Virus record (IMG/VR): IMGVR_UViG_3300024348_000013 | Location: 46,677-110,676 of that record | DNA length: 64,000 bases | Source: a virus | Lineage: Duplodnaviria; Heunggongvirae; Uroviricota; Caudoviricetes | Direction: 5' to 3' (one strand) | Shown: positions 29,272 to 37,908 of the stretch, in pieces | Layout of the letters: the number at the start of each line of letters is the position of its first letter | How positions within the stretch are numbered: position 1 is the first letter of the stretch | Notes under the pieces: generated by a model | Database searches by the model: none | What the model was told of the DNA's origin: nothing | Seen by the model: only the letters and a program-made list of their open reading frames with translations | Program-made: the position numbers and the translations under genes

Positions 29272-29919
29272 TTAAATATTATTATCTTGTGATTCTATTA
29301 CCGTACTCATATGGTCGGCCCAATGCATGATGTAAGGAATTTTATATTTCATTCTCTTACTAATATCAAATACTTTTAAATATTTGGCATTATCTTCATC
29401 ATATAATCCATCAGTAAGTTTCATTCCAAAATATTCTGCTTCTGAAACAGTGATGTTATATTGCTGTAATAGAAACATAGTCCTATCAGTATGAGTCATA
29501 TGTGATAAATCTGGATTTGCTGTATATACCTTACCTTGATTCTTAATGTGCCAATCGGATGGGTTTGGCATATAGTATGGATTTCCCTTAGTTCCTAATT
29601 TACCTAAGTCGTGATGTAATGCACAAAATATTAATTCTTCATCGGTAAAGTCTGGCTTGCCACCCATTTGAATAAATAGCTCCTTAACTTTAAGTGCGTT
29701 TTTACATACATTGAAAATATGGTCTATGTAACCACCTGTATAGCAGTTATGATATCCTACGTTTCCACTAGCTGGTGATATTGCAAGATTTACTCCTAAT
29801 TCATTTTCTGAATACATGAATAAGAGTTTCTCTAATCTTTCTCCTGTGAAATACTTGTTAATGATGGCAATGAACTTGTCATAGCTTTGTTTCAATTCTT
29901 GTTCTGTCTTTTGTTTCAT
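29272..29919 (-). CDS. HD-domain phosphohydrolase
   Basis: H...HHDLGK HD motif with a downstream D. Confidence 0.65.
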   Translation of the reverse strand: MKQKTEQELKQSYDKFIAIINKYFTGERLEKLLFMYSENELGVNLAISPASGNVGYHNCYTGGYIDHIFNVCKNALKVKELFIQMGGKPDFTDEELIFCALHHDLGKLGTKGNPYYMPNPSDWHIKNQGKVYTANPDLSHMTHTDRTMFLLQQYNITVSEAEYFGMKLTDGLYDEDNAKYLKVFDISKRMKYKIPYIMHWADHMSTVIESQDNNI

Positions 29920-29997
29920 TCTTTTAGATTTTAATTGTTTTATTTATTTTATATTCTTTTTTAGTGCTGTCAAGTATAATACTATAAAAAGATACCT

Positions 29998-30029
29998 CAA
30001 ATATACAACAAATTTTTTAATTTTCCAAA
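29998..30029 (-). promoter_or_regulatory. Bacteroidetes-type promoter upstream of HD hydrolase gene
   Basis: Minus strand: TTTGGAAAATTAAAAAATTTGTTGTATATTTG. Confidence 0.5.
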
Positions 30030-30040
30030 TATTTGAGCGT

Positions 30041-30361
30041 TTATTTTAAAAATAATTCTTTTTTAGTCAAAATCTTATATAAAATCTCCACTTCTTCTTC
30101 CGTAGTAAGTTCAGGCAAATCTTCTTCAAATAAACGCATAGTGTATATGGATTTGCCAGTATCATCGGTAAATTCATCGGATGCAGAACTAAAAATAGTT
30201 GGCATATATTCTAATTGTTGAATTTCATCTTCATTCAAATCAACTAACGGAATAACAAAATAATGGTAATTTCCTTCAATTTCATCGGTAGCATCAATCT
30301 TGTGACACTTCCATTTATTAAAACTGGCTTCGGTAATTGGGGTTTCGGGTACTATAATCAT
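30041..30361 (-). CDS. hypothetical acidic protein
   Basis: 106-aa ORF between promoter-bearing spacers. Confidence 0.4.
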   Translation of the reverse strand: MIIVPETPITEASFNKWKCHKIDATDEIEGNYHYFVIPLVDLNEDEIQQLEYMPTIFSSASDEFTDDTGKSIYTMRLFEEDLPELTTEEEVEILYKILTKKELFLK

Positions 30362-30408
30362 AGTAACAAATATAGTAAAAATTTGTTACATTACCAAACT
30401 AAATCCAT

Positions 30409-31155
30409 TTATTTATATAAATAATTGTATATTTTTTTAGCGTATTGCTTATTGGTATTCGGTCCTGGGTGAAAACCATCTATGCCGTAATCTATGAATG
30501 GGTAATAATCTCCATCAAATCTATTATCATCATTGTAATCATTAGTTGCATACCAACCATTCCAAAGCCAATTACATTTTTTTGATTCTAAAAAATATTT
30601 AATCAACATATGATTTTTATACCAATTAATAAAATTATTTGATTTATTTAATAGAGTAAGATGTGCATTATGTTCATTTATACCAATCATATCTTCTTTA
30701 AAATATCCCCAACTTTTGTGATGAAATGGTTCTATACCACCTTCATTTGTATAAAACTCTCGTCTATGTGATTCGGTATACATAATTAAAACCAAATCAG
30801 GTTTTATTATATCGTAATATGCCATTAAACAACGGGTGATATAATCATTACTTCTACCACCACATCCGAAATTTAAATCAACTCCATTTGGTATTAATTT
30901 ACAGAATTCATGTGGCCACGTTTCGTTATCATTTACACCAACTCCCTCAGTAATAGAACAACCAATTGACATTACTTTAAATCCTTTTTTATTTATACTA
31001 TCTCCTCTAAATCCTAATTCATTATATGTGTAAGTACATTCACCTGTTTTATCTGAACCAGACCCATTATATTTTTGATTAACTCTTTCACTTAAATTGT
31101 TTCTAAACGATGAAATTTCAAACCCATCAGGATTCCAATATTTTAAACTATCCAT
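30409..31155 (-). CDS. SGNH/GDSL-like hydrolase, paralog 2
   Basis: SIGCSITEGVG block I variant and GIDGFHPGPN block V. Confidence 0.5.
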   Translation of the reverse strand: MDSLKYWNPDGFEISSFRNNLSERVNQKYNGSGSDKTGECTYTYNELGFRGDSINKKGFKVMSIGCSITEGVGVNDNETWPHEFCKLIPNGVDLNFGCGGRSNDYITRCLMAYYDIIKPDLVLIMYTESHRREFYTNEGGIEPFHHKSWGYFKEDMIGINEHNAHLTLLNKSNNFINWYKNHMLIKYFLESKKCNWLWNGWYATNDYNDDNRFDGDYYPFIDYGIDGFHPGPNTNKQYAKKIYNYLYK

Positions 31156-31656
31156 TTAAATAATTGATTTTGAATTAAATTTAATATTTGTATTTTTTAA
31201 AAACCATATTAATGAATAGCGATTACCTTTTGTAATTTTTGTTACTTCGTGCTTTATACTTACGGGAAATATATAGGAATTACCGGCGGATTTATCTAAT
31301 GTAATATTTTTGTCAGTTGGATATAATAAAAAATCCCCACCATCAAAATTATCATTTAATAAAACTCCTACGGAAAACACCCTAGAATCCATATTATCAT
31401 CGTGAATGCCAAAATAATCATTTGGCTCGTATATGTGGAAATGTAATTCCGGTCGTATCTCTATTATAGATATGCCTGTTTTTATTTCAAAAAAGTTTTT
31501 TAATTTTTCGAATATCCAATTAGTATCCGTATCTTTTAATATTAATAAAGATTTATAGTTTCTATCATCCGAATTCCAATATCGGTTGTCTGTTTTTATT
31601 AAATCAATAATAGTATTACATTCATCTATTGTAAATATGCTTTGTTGGTAAATCAT
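31156..31656 (-). CDS. 2OG-Fe(II) oxygenase (prolyl-4-hydroxylase-like)
   Basis: HFHIYEPNDYFGIHDD (HxD), a distal H in SIKHEV and RYS; this is the double-stranded beta-helix facial triad pattern. Confidence 0.7.
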   Translation of the reverse strand: MIYQQSIFTIDECNTIIDLIKTDNRYWNSDDRNYKSLLILKDTDTNWIFEKLKNFFEIKTGISIIEIRPELHFHIYEPNDYFGIHDDNMDSRVFSVGVLLNDNFDGGDFLLYPTDKNITLDKSAGNSYIFPVSIKHEVTKITKGNRYSLIWFLKNTNIKFNSKSII

Positions 31657-32246
31657 ATTACTGAATTTATCTTTACTCTATATTTTTTTGAATTATCTAA
31701 AAATTTATTATAATAGATTTCATTATAATTAGAACCTATTGCTTTTAAAAATTCTAACATATTTTCTTTTGTTGAGTAAATATCTTCGTAATAAAACACT
31801 TTAGTATTTTTATCTTTAGCTAATGTGTGGAATTGTTCTTTCCAAAATAACATATGTTTTAATTCTTCATCTATAAATTTATTATGTTTTTTATCACTAT
31901 AAACATATGAAGTATGCCAGGTATTGGTTGTTAAAGAATGTGAAAGACTTTCCAATTGCTCTTTTATATTTTTTCTATCTAAAAAAACAATTTTATCAAA
32001 TGATTTATAATAAATTTCATTTATTTCATTAATAGATATATTTTTTAAGTCAGGCGGTAATTGGTCGTATATGTGTTTTACAAATACATTTTCATATTGA
32101 ATTATATGATTGTATGTAAAATATCCTTCTCTACCATTTTTATTAAATGGTTCACTAAATGTTTTGATATCTGGGTTTGAGTATTTATAATACTCTATTA
32201 TAGAAGTTGAGCCAGTTCTTGGAAAACATATCAACAATATTTTCAT
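31653..32246 (-). CDS. sulfotransferase
   Basis: 5-prime PAPS loop ICFPRTGSTS (PKSGTT-type) and a 3-prime PB-like FLDRKNIKEQLESLSHS (RxxxxxxS). Confidence 0.6.
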   Translation of the reverse strand: MKILLICFPRTGSTSIIEYYKYSNPDIKTFSEPFNKNGREGYFTYNHIIQYENVFVKHIYDQLPPDLKNISINEINEIYYKSFDKIVFLDRKNIKEQLESLSHSLTTNTWHTSYVYSDKKHNKFIDEELKHMLFWKEQFHTLAKDKNTKVFYYEDIYSTKENMLEFLKAIGSNYNEIYYNKFLDNSKKYRVKINSVI

Positions 32247-32249
32247 AAA

Positions 32250-32885
32250 CTATATGAGATTGGAAGAATCGGATTTTGCATTGAATAGTACATTGCCAGC
32301 TAATACAATTCTATCATTTGTTGAATTTGGATTCACTTCAGGTCTATGCCATAATGTTCCACCAAATATGTATAAATACCCAGCTTCAGGCATTATCATA
32401 ATAGAATCGGTTTGTTCATCATCCCCTCTTTCATTTAAAAAAATAAGCTTTCCTTCATTTCCTTCACAATTGTTTGGAACATCTACATAATATGTCCAAG
32501 TAAACGATGTAGTTAATGTTGGTAGTTCATAACTAAATTTAGAATGTTGATGATATTGGGAATCTGGATTAGATGCGGTGGATATAAAAATCCAACTATT
32601 TTGATACCCACTAATTACTTCTTTATTAGATATAGAAGTATATACGTCTTTTACTATATTATAGCATTTATCTTTTATTTCAAATATACTTTTACTATTT
32701 GAAAGGTTTGTACTAAATTGTATACCAGGCGAACCCATTTCTTTTGGGTTAAATGGTATATCGCCAACCAAAAATTTTCTATCAATATCTATATCTTCTA
32801 ATAACTTAGAAGTATCAATTCCATCGATTTTTATTTTATAAATTTTATGATGTTTAAAATTTATAATTTCATAACTGTTTAACAT
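32250..32885 (-). CDS. 2OG-Fe(II) oxygenase, Oxy_5-like (marine phage family)
   Basis: YHQHS...GKLIFLNERGDD...AGYLYIFGGTLWHRPEVNPNSTNDRIVLAGNVLF matches the PF13759-type pattern (H.H...G.L.F.DPR...H.V.PN...RISI.FN). Confidence 0.6.
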   Translation of the reverse strand: MLNSYEIINFKHHKIYKIKIDGIDTSKLLEDIDIDRKFLVGDIPFNPKEMGSPGIQFSTNLSNSKSIFEIKDKCYNIVKDVYTSISNKEVISGYQNSWIFISTASNPDSQYHQHSKFSYELPTLTTSFTWTYYVDVPNNCEGNEGKLIFLNERGDDEQTDSIMIMPEAGYLYIFGGTLWHRPEVNPNSTNDRIVLAGNVLFNAKSDSSNLI

Positions 32886-33061
32886 ATGGAATTTTTTTAA
32901 CTTAGGTGTTTAGCTTTTATAGCAGATATAATAGATACTACTTTTGCTAATAGTGTAGTTTTATCGGTTTCGTTTGATACTTTCTTTACAAAAGCCGTTT
33001 TTTCAGCCATTGCATATTTTTTATTTTTATTTACTTCGCTCATAATATTTTTTATTTTTTT

Positions 33062-34711
33062 TTAATTTTTTGCACCTCCACCACAAATTTGCGCGTCACA
33101 ACAGTATGGACATGTAGAGTAGTAACTATAAGTACCGCACTGAAATGACCCTTCAGCACAACATACGCCACTACTATAAGCATAACCGTTATAGGAGTAC
33201 CCATTACATGGTGAACCACAATACCAATATGAATAGTTACAACAATTATTCTGACACTGCTGCGCTGGGTTATGTTGTATCAACGCATATATAGGAGAAA
33301 TAGATTGTTCTTCCATTGTAAGATACAAATCCGATTCTTCTACATCCAATTTATAAATAGTTTCTTTATTGTAACTGTATTGTATGGAACTTATCGTTTT
33401 TATTTCTAATTCATTTGTTGTTGTATTTACTACAATTATATTATCATTTACACCCAATCCTCTAAAATTTATGAATCTAAACAATTCACTTGGGTCGGTA
33501 GATACCTTAGCAATAACAGTTGAACTATCTACATCGGAAAATATAGTACCATCATTTAATGTTATTTCCTTTAACCAAAATGTAACTCCTTCAAATGATT
33601 CTATATTAGTTACATTTGTATTTATTATTGAGCTTCCAATTGTTACATCATCAACAGATGCACTATATAATGGCATTTCATTATCACTCCATCCTAAATT
33701 GTTTAATTGTACAGACTTCAGAGTATCACCCAATACTATATCATTTATATTTTTGAGAAAGCCATCTCCATCTAAAATTTTTGAATCGGCATCTACTTTA
33801 TAATTTTTAAATTTATTCGTATTAAGTCTATCCACTACTTTTTGTAGATAGATAGGTCTTTCCCAATATTGTAATTCGTTATTACTATCAAAATCTGCAG
33901 CTGCAGATAATATAGTACTATTTGTATGTACATATGGTGAAAATAAATTCATTACCTCCAAATTAGAACCATATATCATATCAACACTCCTATAAGTTTG
34001 AAGTTTGTTATTATACAAATCATTCTCATTTATTATATACTCTTGTAAAAGTGTATTAAATGGTAACGAACTTTTTAAATTAGAAAGCTCTTCGGCTGTA
34101 TTTATTTTATATATTTTTGGATATTGTTCATAATTAGTTGTTGGATATCTTTCTTTAACAATAAAATTAGGATACTCCCCATTATCTCTAATAACTTCAC
34201 CTATACTATCAATTCCCAATGTATCATTTACAAAATACGTCTTTGGTATAGAATTTACATCCGCATCATACATTAATTTTAAAAATTCAAAATTATCTTT
34301 AGCGTAAGTATCATCAATTAATGCGGTTGAATCATATGCATTTCTAAGAATTAATTTATTAGATGCATCTTCTATAAATGGAATCGTTGTTGCTGTAGCT
34401 TCTACATTATGTATTGTAAGTGAAACCGTAGAACTGCCAGAATAATATTCACTCAATATGGTATTAAATGCTTTAGGAACACTGGATTCAGCCATTTCTA
34501 CATCGATGACGGTATCATTCAATCCCATTGATTGATTTATAAATTCTATAACTTCAATACCATTTGATACCACAAACTGATTAAATGCTTCAATATCAAA
34601 ATAATTATTAATATCCCCAACAACATTTCCTACATTTGTATTTAATTCCAATATTTTAAAGCTACCATCTGTATCTTTTAGTAAATCCGTTGCTACTATT
34701 ACTGCCTTCAT
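33062..34711 (-). CDS. large hypothetical protein with extreme Cys/Tyr/Ser/Gly-rich C-terminal tail
   Basis: 549 aa. The last roughly 65 residues contain 16 Cys (CQNNCCNYSYWYCGSPCNGYSYNGYAYSSGVCCAEGSFQCGTYSYYSTCPYCCDAQICGGG). Confidence 0.5.
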   Translation of the reverse strand: MKAVIVATDLLKDTDGSFKILELNTNVGNVVGDINNYFDIEAFNQFVVSNGIEVIEFINQSMGLNDTVIDVEMAESSVPKAFNTILSEYYSGSSTVSLTIHNVEATATTIPFIEDASNKLILRNAYDSTALIDDTYAKDNFEFLKLMYDADVNSIPKTYFVNDTLGIDSIGEVIRDNGEYPNFIVKERYPTTNYEQYPKIYKINTAEELSNLKSSLPFNTLLQEYIINENDLYNNKLQTYRSVDMIYGSNLEVMNLFSPYVHTNSTILSAAADFDSNNELQYWERPIYLQKVVDRLNTNKFKNYKVDADSKILDGDGFLKNINDIVLGDTLKSVQLNNLGWSDNEMPLYSASVDDVTIGSSIINTNVTNIESFEGVTFWLKEITLNDGTIFSDVDSSTVIAKVSTDPSELFRFINFRGLGVNDNIIVVNTTTNELEIKTISSIQYSYNKETIYKLDVEESDLYLTMEEQSISPIYALIQHNPAQQCQNNCCNYSYWYCGSPCNGYSYNGYAYSSGVCCAEGSFQCGTYSYYSTCPYCCDAQICGGGAKN

Positions 34712-34749
34712 ATACGTTCTTTATTGTTTCCTATAAATATAAACTTTTA

Positions 34750-35019
34750 TTAAATAATTGATTTTTGAGTTTTACTTTTAAAATAATCTTTTTCTACTTC
34801 CAACCATTTATTTAAAGGACAAGCATCATTTTCCATTGTGAATATCTTTTTACTAAGTGGACACCCACATTGAGTACAAACTACAATATTAAGCGTAGTT
34901 CCTTTTTTATCACACGAATCGCATATATCCATTCGTTTTTCAGCCAACTCCGCTTGTATTGGGGTTGGGTTAGCTGCAGTAATCCAAGCTTTTGCTATTT
35001 TTTTAAGATTAATTCCCAT
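34750..35019 (-). CDS. zinc-ribbon protein (CxxC...CxxCxC...C)
   Basis: DICDSCDKK...CTQCGCPLSKK...DACPL. Confidence 0.5.
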   Translation of the reverse strand: MGINLKKIAKAWITAANPTPIQAELAEKRMDICDSCDKKGTTLNIVVCTQCGCPLSKKIFTMENDACPLNKWLEVEKDYFKSKTQKSII

Positions 35020-35024
35020 ATTAA

Positions 35025-35327
35025 CTATAATTTATTATATATTTTTTGAATTCTTGCACACTCTTCATAAATCTCTAATCCACTTAACCTAACTAATAAC
35101 CAATCCGCCATACGTTTGAATTCACTTCTGTGTATAGTTATATAGACTGGCAGTTTTTTGTATTTAATCAGAATTATTTCTTTACATTTTTTATTAGATT
35201 TCCAATTATCTAATTTATCAACTAACTCTGATAAATTTTCTGGCGTTAGATGGACACGATTTAAGTGTTCATCCCAATCTAATGAAATCCATCCACTTTC
35301 TAACTTCTTTAAAACACTTATATCCAT
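35025..35327 (-). CDS. hypothetical protein
   Basis: 100-aa ORF, translationally coupled in the cluster. Confidence 0.4.
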   Translation of the reverse strand: MDISVLKKLESGWISLDWDEHLNRVHLTPENLSELVDKLDNWKSNKKCKEIILIKYKKLPVYITIHRSEFKRMADWLLVRLSGLEIYEECARIQKIYNKL

Positions 35328-35375
35328 ATATAATTACAAATGTACAAATAATTATCCAATTTACCAAATGTTACA

Positions 35376-36086
35376 CTATAAACTTTTATTCATAGTTCTA
35401 ATTAATTCCATAAATCCTAGCTGATATTTTTTAAAAGAATATATGTGAATATATGAATTAATAGTGTTCATTGGGAGTGAATTCCATCCTTTGTTATCCG
35501 ATATTAGTTTTAATAAGGCTTGCTCCAACGTCAAATACGCATATTTTATCTCAACCCCACCATAGTTCTTATAATAAAAGTTTTTAATCGAATAAAAAGA
35601 ATCTACATATTTTTTCATTTTCAATGGGTCTTTAAATCCTATTATACCGGTATTATATGCTCCATTCCATTTAGAATTCCATTCTGGTAATATATCACCC
35701 ACTCCCCAATTCGATAACGCATTAATTGAATCTATATATCCTATTTCAGAAGTATCCGCAAAATCATATAACACATCATATTCTTTTGGAAATACCAATG
35801 GTTCTGCTATAAAGATATCACCATCCATATGAATAAACTCACCCGTTTCATTTTTAAATACTTCAAACTTTGGCTCATCCCACAAATATGGTATAGTATC
35901 CTTTTTTAAAAATTTAACTTCATCAACTAAATGACCTAATTCATTAGCTCCTCTTTCATCTGTATATAATGTAATTGGATGAAATCTTCTAGCCATCTTA
36001 ATTGAGCATTGATAAATATCCAATATTTTTTGTATATAGGTTTCATCATTAATTCGTGTTGTTGATAACGATTGAATTATTTTCAT
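35376..36086 (-). CDS. hypothetical protein, possible nucleotide-sugar transferase fold (DxD-like HMDGD)
   Basis: 236 aa. IHMDGDIFI acidic motif. Its leader contains an extreme G/C-rich tract. Confidence 0.4.
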   Translation of the reverse strand: MKIIQSLSTTRINDETYIQKILDIYQCSIKMARRFHPITLYTDERGANELGHLVDEVKFLKKDTIPYLWDEPKFEVFKNETGEFIHMDGDIFIAEPLVFPKEYDVLYDFADTSEIGYIDSINALSNWGVGDILPEWNSKWNGAYNTGIIGFKDPLKMKKYVDSFYSIKNFYYKNYGGVEIKYAYLTLEQALLKLISDNKGWNSLPMNTINSYIHIYSFKKYQLGFMELIRTMNKSL

Positions 36087-36099
36087 AACTTAAATTTTA

Positions 36100-36118
36100 G
36101 GGGGAGGGGGTTGGGGGG
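36100..36118. other. G-rich tract GGGGGAGGGGGTTGGGGGG (C-rich in the mRNA sense) in leader of gene 35376..36086
   Basis: A unique GC-pure 19-mer in a roughly 30% GC genome. Confidence 0.6.
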
Positions 36119-36141
36119 ACGAGTCGTTTTTAAAGAAATTT

Positions 36142-36732
36142 TTATATCTCTATTGATAGTTGCATTAATTTTGGAACTCCGCTTTGACACTTTTGATAAT
36201 AATGTAAATCTTTCATAGCATATTTCATTAATACATCCCATTCTTCTCTATACTTACTCTCAACTATTTCATAAACTTCTTCTTTACTTTTCCATTTTTC
36301 ATTGTAATGGCCAAAGTTATAATCATCAACATAAAATGGTTGGTGGTATCCTTTAGTATCCATTGTATAACTTAAACGAGAAAGTTCAACGAATTCAAAC
36401 GAATACCCACTTTGACACCAATATTCGTATATCCTATAATACAATTCCCTATCATACTTATCACCACTATTTTGTTCAATTAAACTATTTAAAGCCAGTT
36501 TCATTTCAATTGGATTATCGATATGAGGCAAACATTCGGTATGTAACGCAATTTGTAAATGTTCAATCGGATTTCGAATAACAAACCATTCCAACTCCAT
36601 AAAAGGATTATCTATCTCATAACTTAACTCATTGATATTACTATGTACAATATCCATATTTAATTTAGCAAGATATCTACTTCCACAATTTAGAGGAGCA
36701 GCCAACCATTTATCATATACTTCTATCACCAT
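36142..36732 (-). CDS. hypothetical protein, paralog of next gene (P-loop-like AAPLNCGSRYL)
   Basis: N-terminus MVIEVYDKWLAAPLNCGSRYL versus MDISIYHKKWIVPAKCGSRYL; shared HxxL...NP(I/L)xHLxxALHT core. Possible sulfotransferase-like PAPS loop (PKCG-type). Confidence 0.45.
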   Translation of the reverse strand: MVIEVYDKWLAAPLNCGSRYLAKLNMDIVHSNINELSYEIDNPFMELEWFVIRNPIEHLQIALHTECLPHIDNPIEMKLALNSLIEQNSGDKYDRELYYRIYEYWCQSGYSFEFVELSRLSYTMDTKGYHQPFYVDDYNFGHYNEKWKSKEEVYEIVESKYREEWDVLMKYAMKDLHYYQKCQSGVPKLMQLSIEI

Positions 36733-36740
36733 AGTATTAA

Positions 36741-37439
36741 TTATATTAATTTCCTTTTTCTTTTCTTAATTTTTGGTAACCCAACGTTTTCGGTAATCCT
36801 ATTCGCCCATTTAACATCTAACTCATATCGCTCCCATATACGTTTCCATATTGAAGGATATTCCGTTTTGACCCAATTAATTATTTCACCGCGGGATGGT
36901 TCGCCGGCCTTCTCAAAGTTATATTCGGATGGAACGTATTCCAACTCAAATCCAGATTCGTTTAGGAGTTCGGTTAAACCTTCAATTGGAACAACCTTAA
37001 TATCAGGTCGCTTTTGTAATAGCATATATAAATTGTAATACAAATGTGGAGACCAATGGCCAGTTCCATCTTTAGTATACTTCAATAGTATTTCTTCCAA
37101 ATGTAGATTTCCTTTAACAAGTCCAATAGCACGAGTGGGTTCATCTAAATGCCCCCACAAATCCGTATGTAATGCCGAAAGTAGGTGTGATAGTGGATTT
37201 CTTAATACTATATGCGTTATAGGTAATACCCAAAATTGAAATATGTTATGGGATTGAGCGGCTATCTTTGTATGGGGAGAATTCAATATAGTATTACGCC
37301 ATATATCCATTTGCTTTGCGGTACTTATACCACTAAACCCAACGTTATCTTGTTCGGTAACTCCAAATGCTTTATCCAAATATCTACTACCACATTTGGC
37401 AGGAACAATCCATTTTTTATGGTATATACTTATATCCAC
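36741..37439 (-). CDS. hypothetical protein, paralog of 36142..36732
   Basis: See the paralog; 232 aa. Confidence 0.45.
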   Translation of the reverse strand: MDISIYHKKWIVPAKCGSRYLDKAFGVTEQDNVGFSGISTAKQMDIWRNTILNSPHTKIAAQSHNIFQFWVLPITHIVLRNPLSHLLSALHTDLWGHLDEPTRAIGLVKGNLHLEEILLKYTKDGTGHWSPHLYYNLYMLLQKRPDIKVVPIEGLTELLNESGFELEYVPSEYNFEKAGEPSRGEIINWVKTEYPSIWKRIWERYELDVKWANRITENVGLPKIKKRKRKLI

Positions 37440-37586
37440 TATATCCTCCTTTTTTTACGATTACGGACTCTCCACAACCAAATGGGATAGAAACCCATCC
37501 AATATAGAGATAAGCAAATCCCGACGAGGATAAGCATGGGTAGTATACATACTATGATAGATATGTTTATCAGTATATTGAAAAAC

Positions 37587-37865
37587 TTATGGATGTGTGA
37601 TACTATGTAATGCATGATATGAGTTCCAGATTCCTATTATTCCGACAATGAGCCAAAAAATATTTAGTATGATGTAAGCCCGATTACTTCTCTCCCAAGC
37701 GGCCCAAGTAAGTATCATCGCATCTATGGTGTTTATTATCCACATAGTAAGTAGAGGAGTATCCTTTCCTAAGATAGCCAACATACCGAAAGAGAATATC
37801 CTCATTATAACCCCTATGTTCTCAAACCATTTAACTGTAGATTCCTCCAATAACTTTAGTTTCAT
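37587..37865 (-). CDS. small membrane protein
   Basis: Three hydrophobic helices. Confidence 0.45.
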   Translation of the reverse strand: MKLKLLEESTVKWFENIGVIMRIFSFGMLAILGKDTPLLTMWIINTIDAMILTWAAWERSNRAYIILNIFWLIVGIIGIWNSYHALHSITHP

Positions 37866-37908
37866 ATGATATAACGTTTATACTAATATATACTGAGAAA
37901 AATCAAAA

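Noticed and set aside
33062-34711. ATP-grasp assignment for the 549-aa protein based on ILELNTNVG
   Set aside because: The E-x-N motif lies at residues 18-30 rather than at the end of an ATP-grasp fold, and no Gly-rich loop or other ATP-grasp motifs accompany it.
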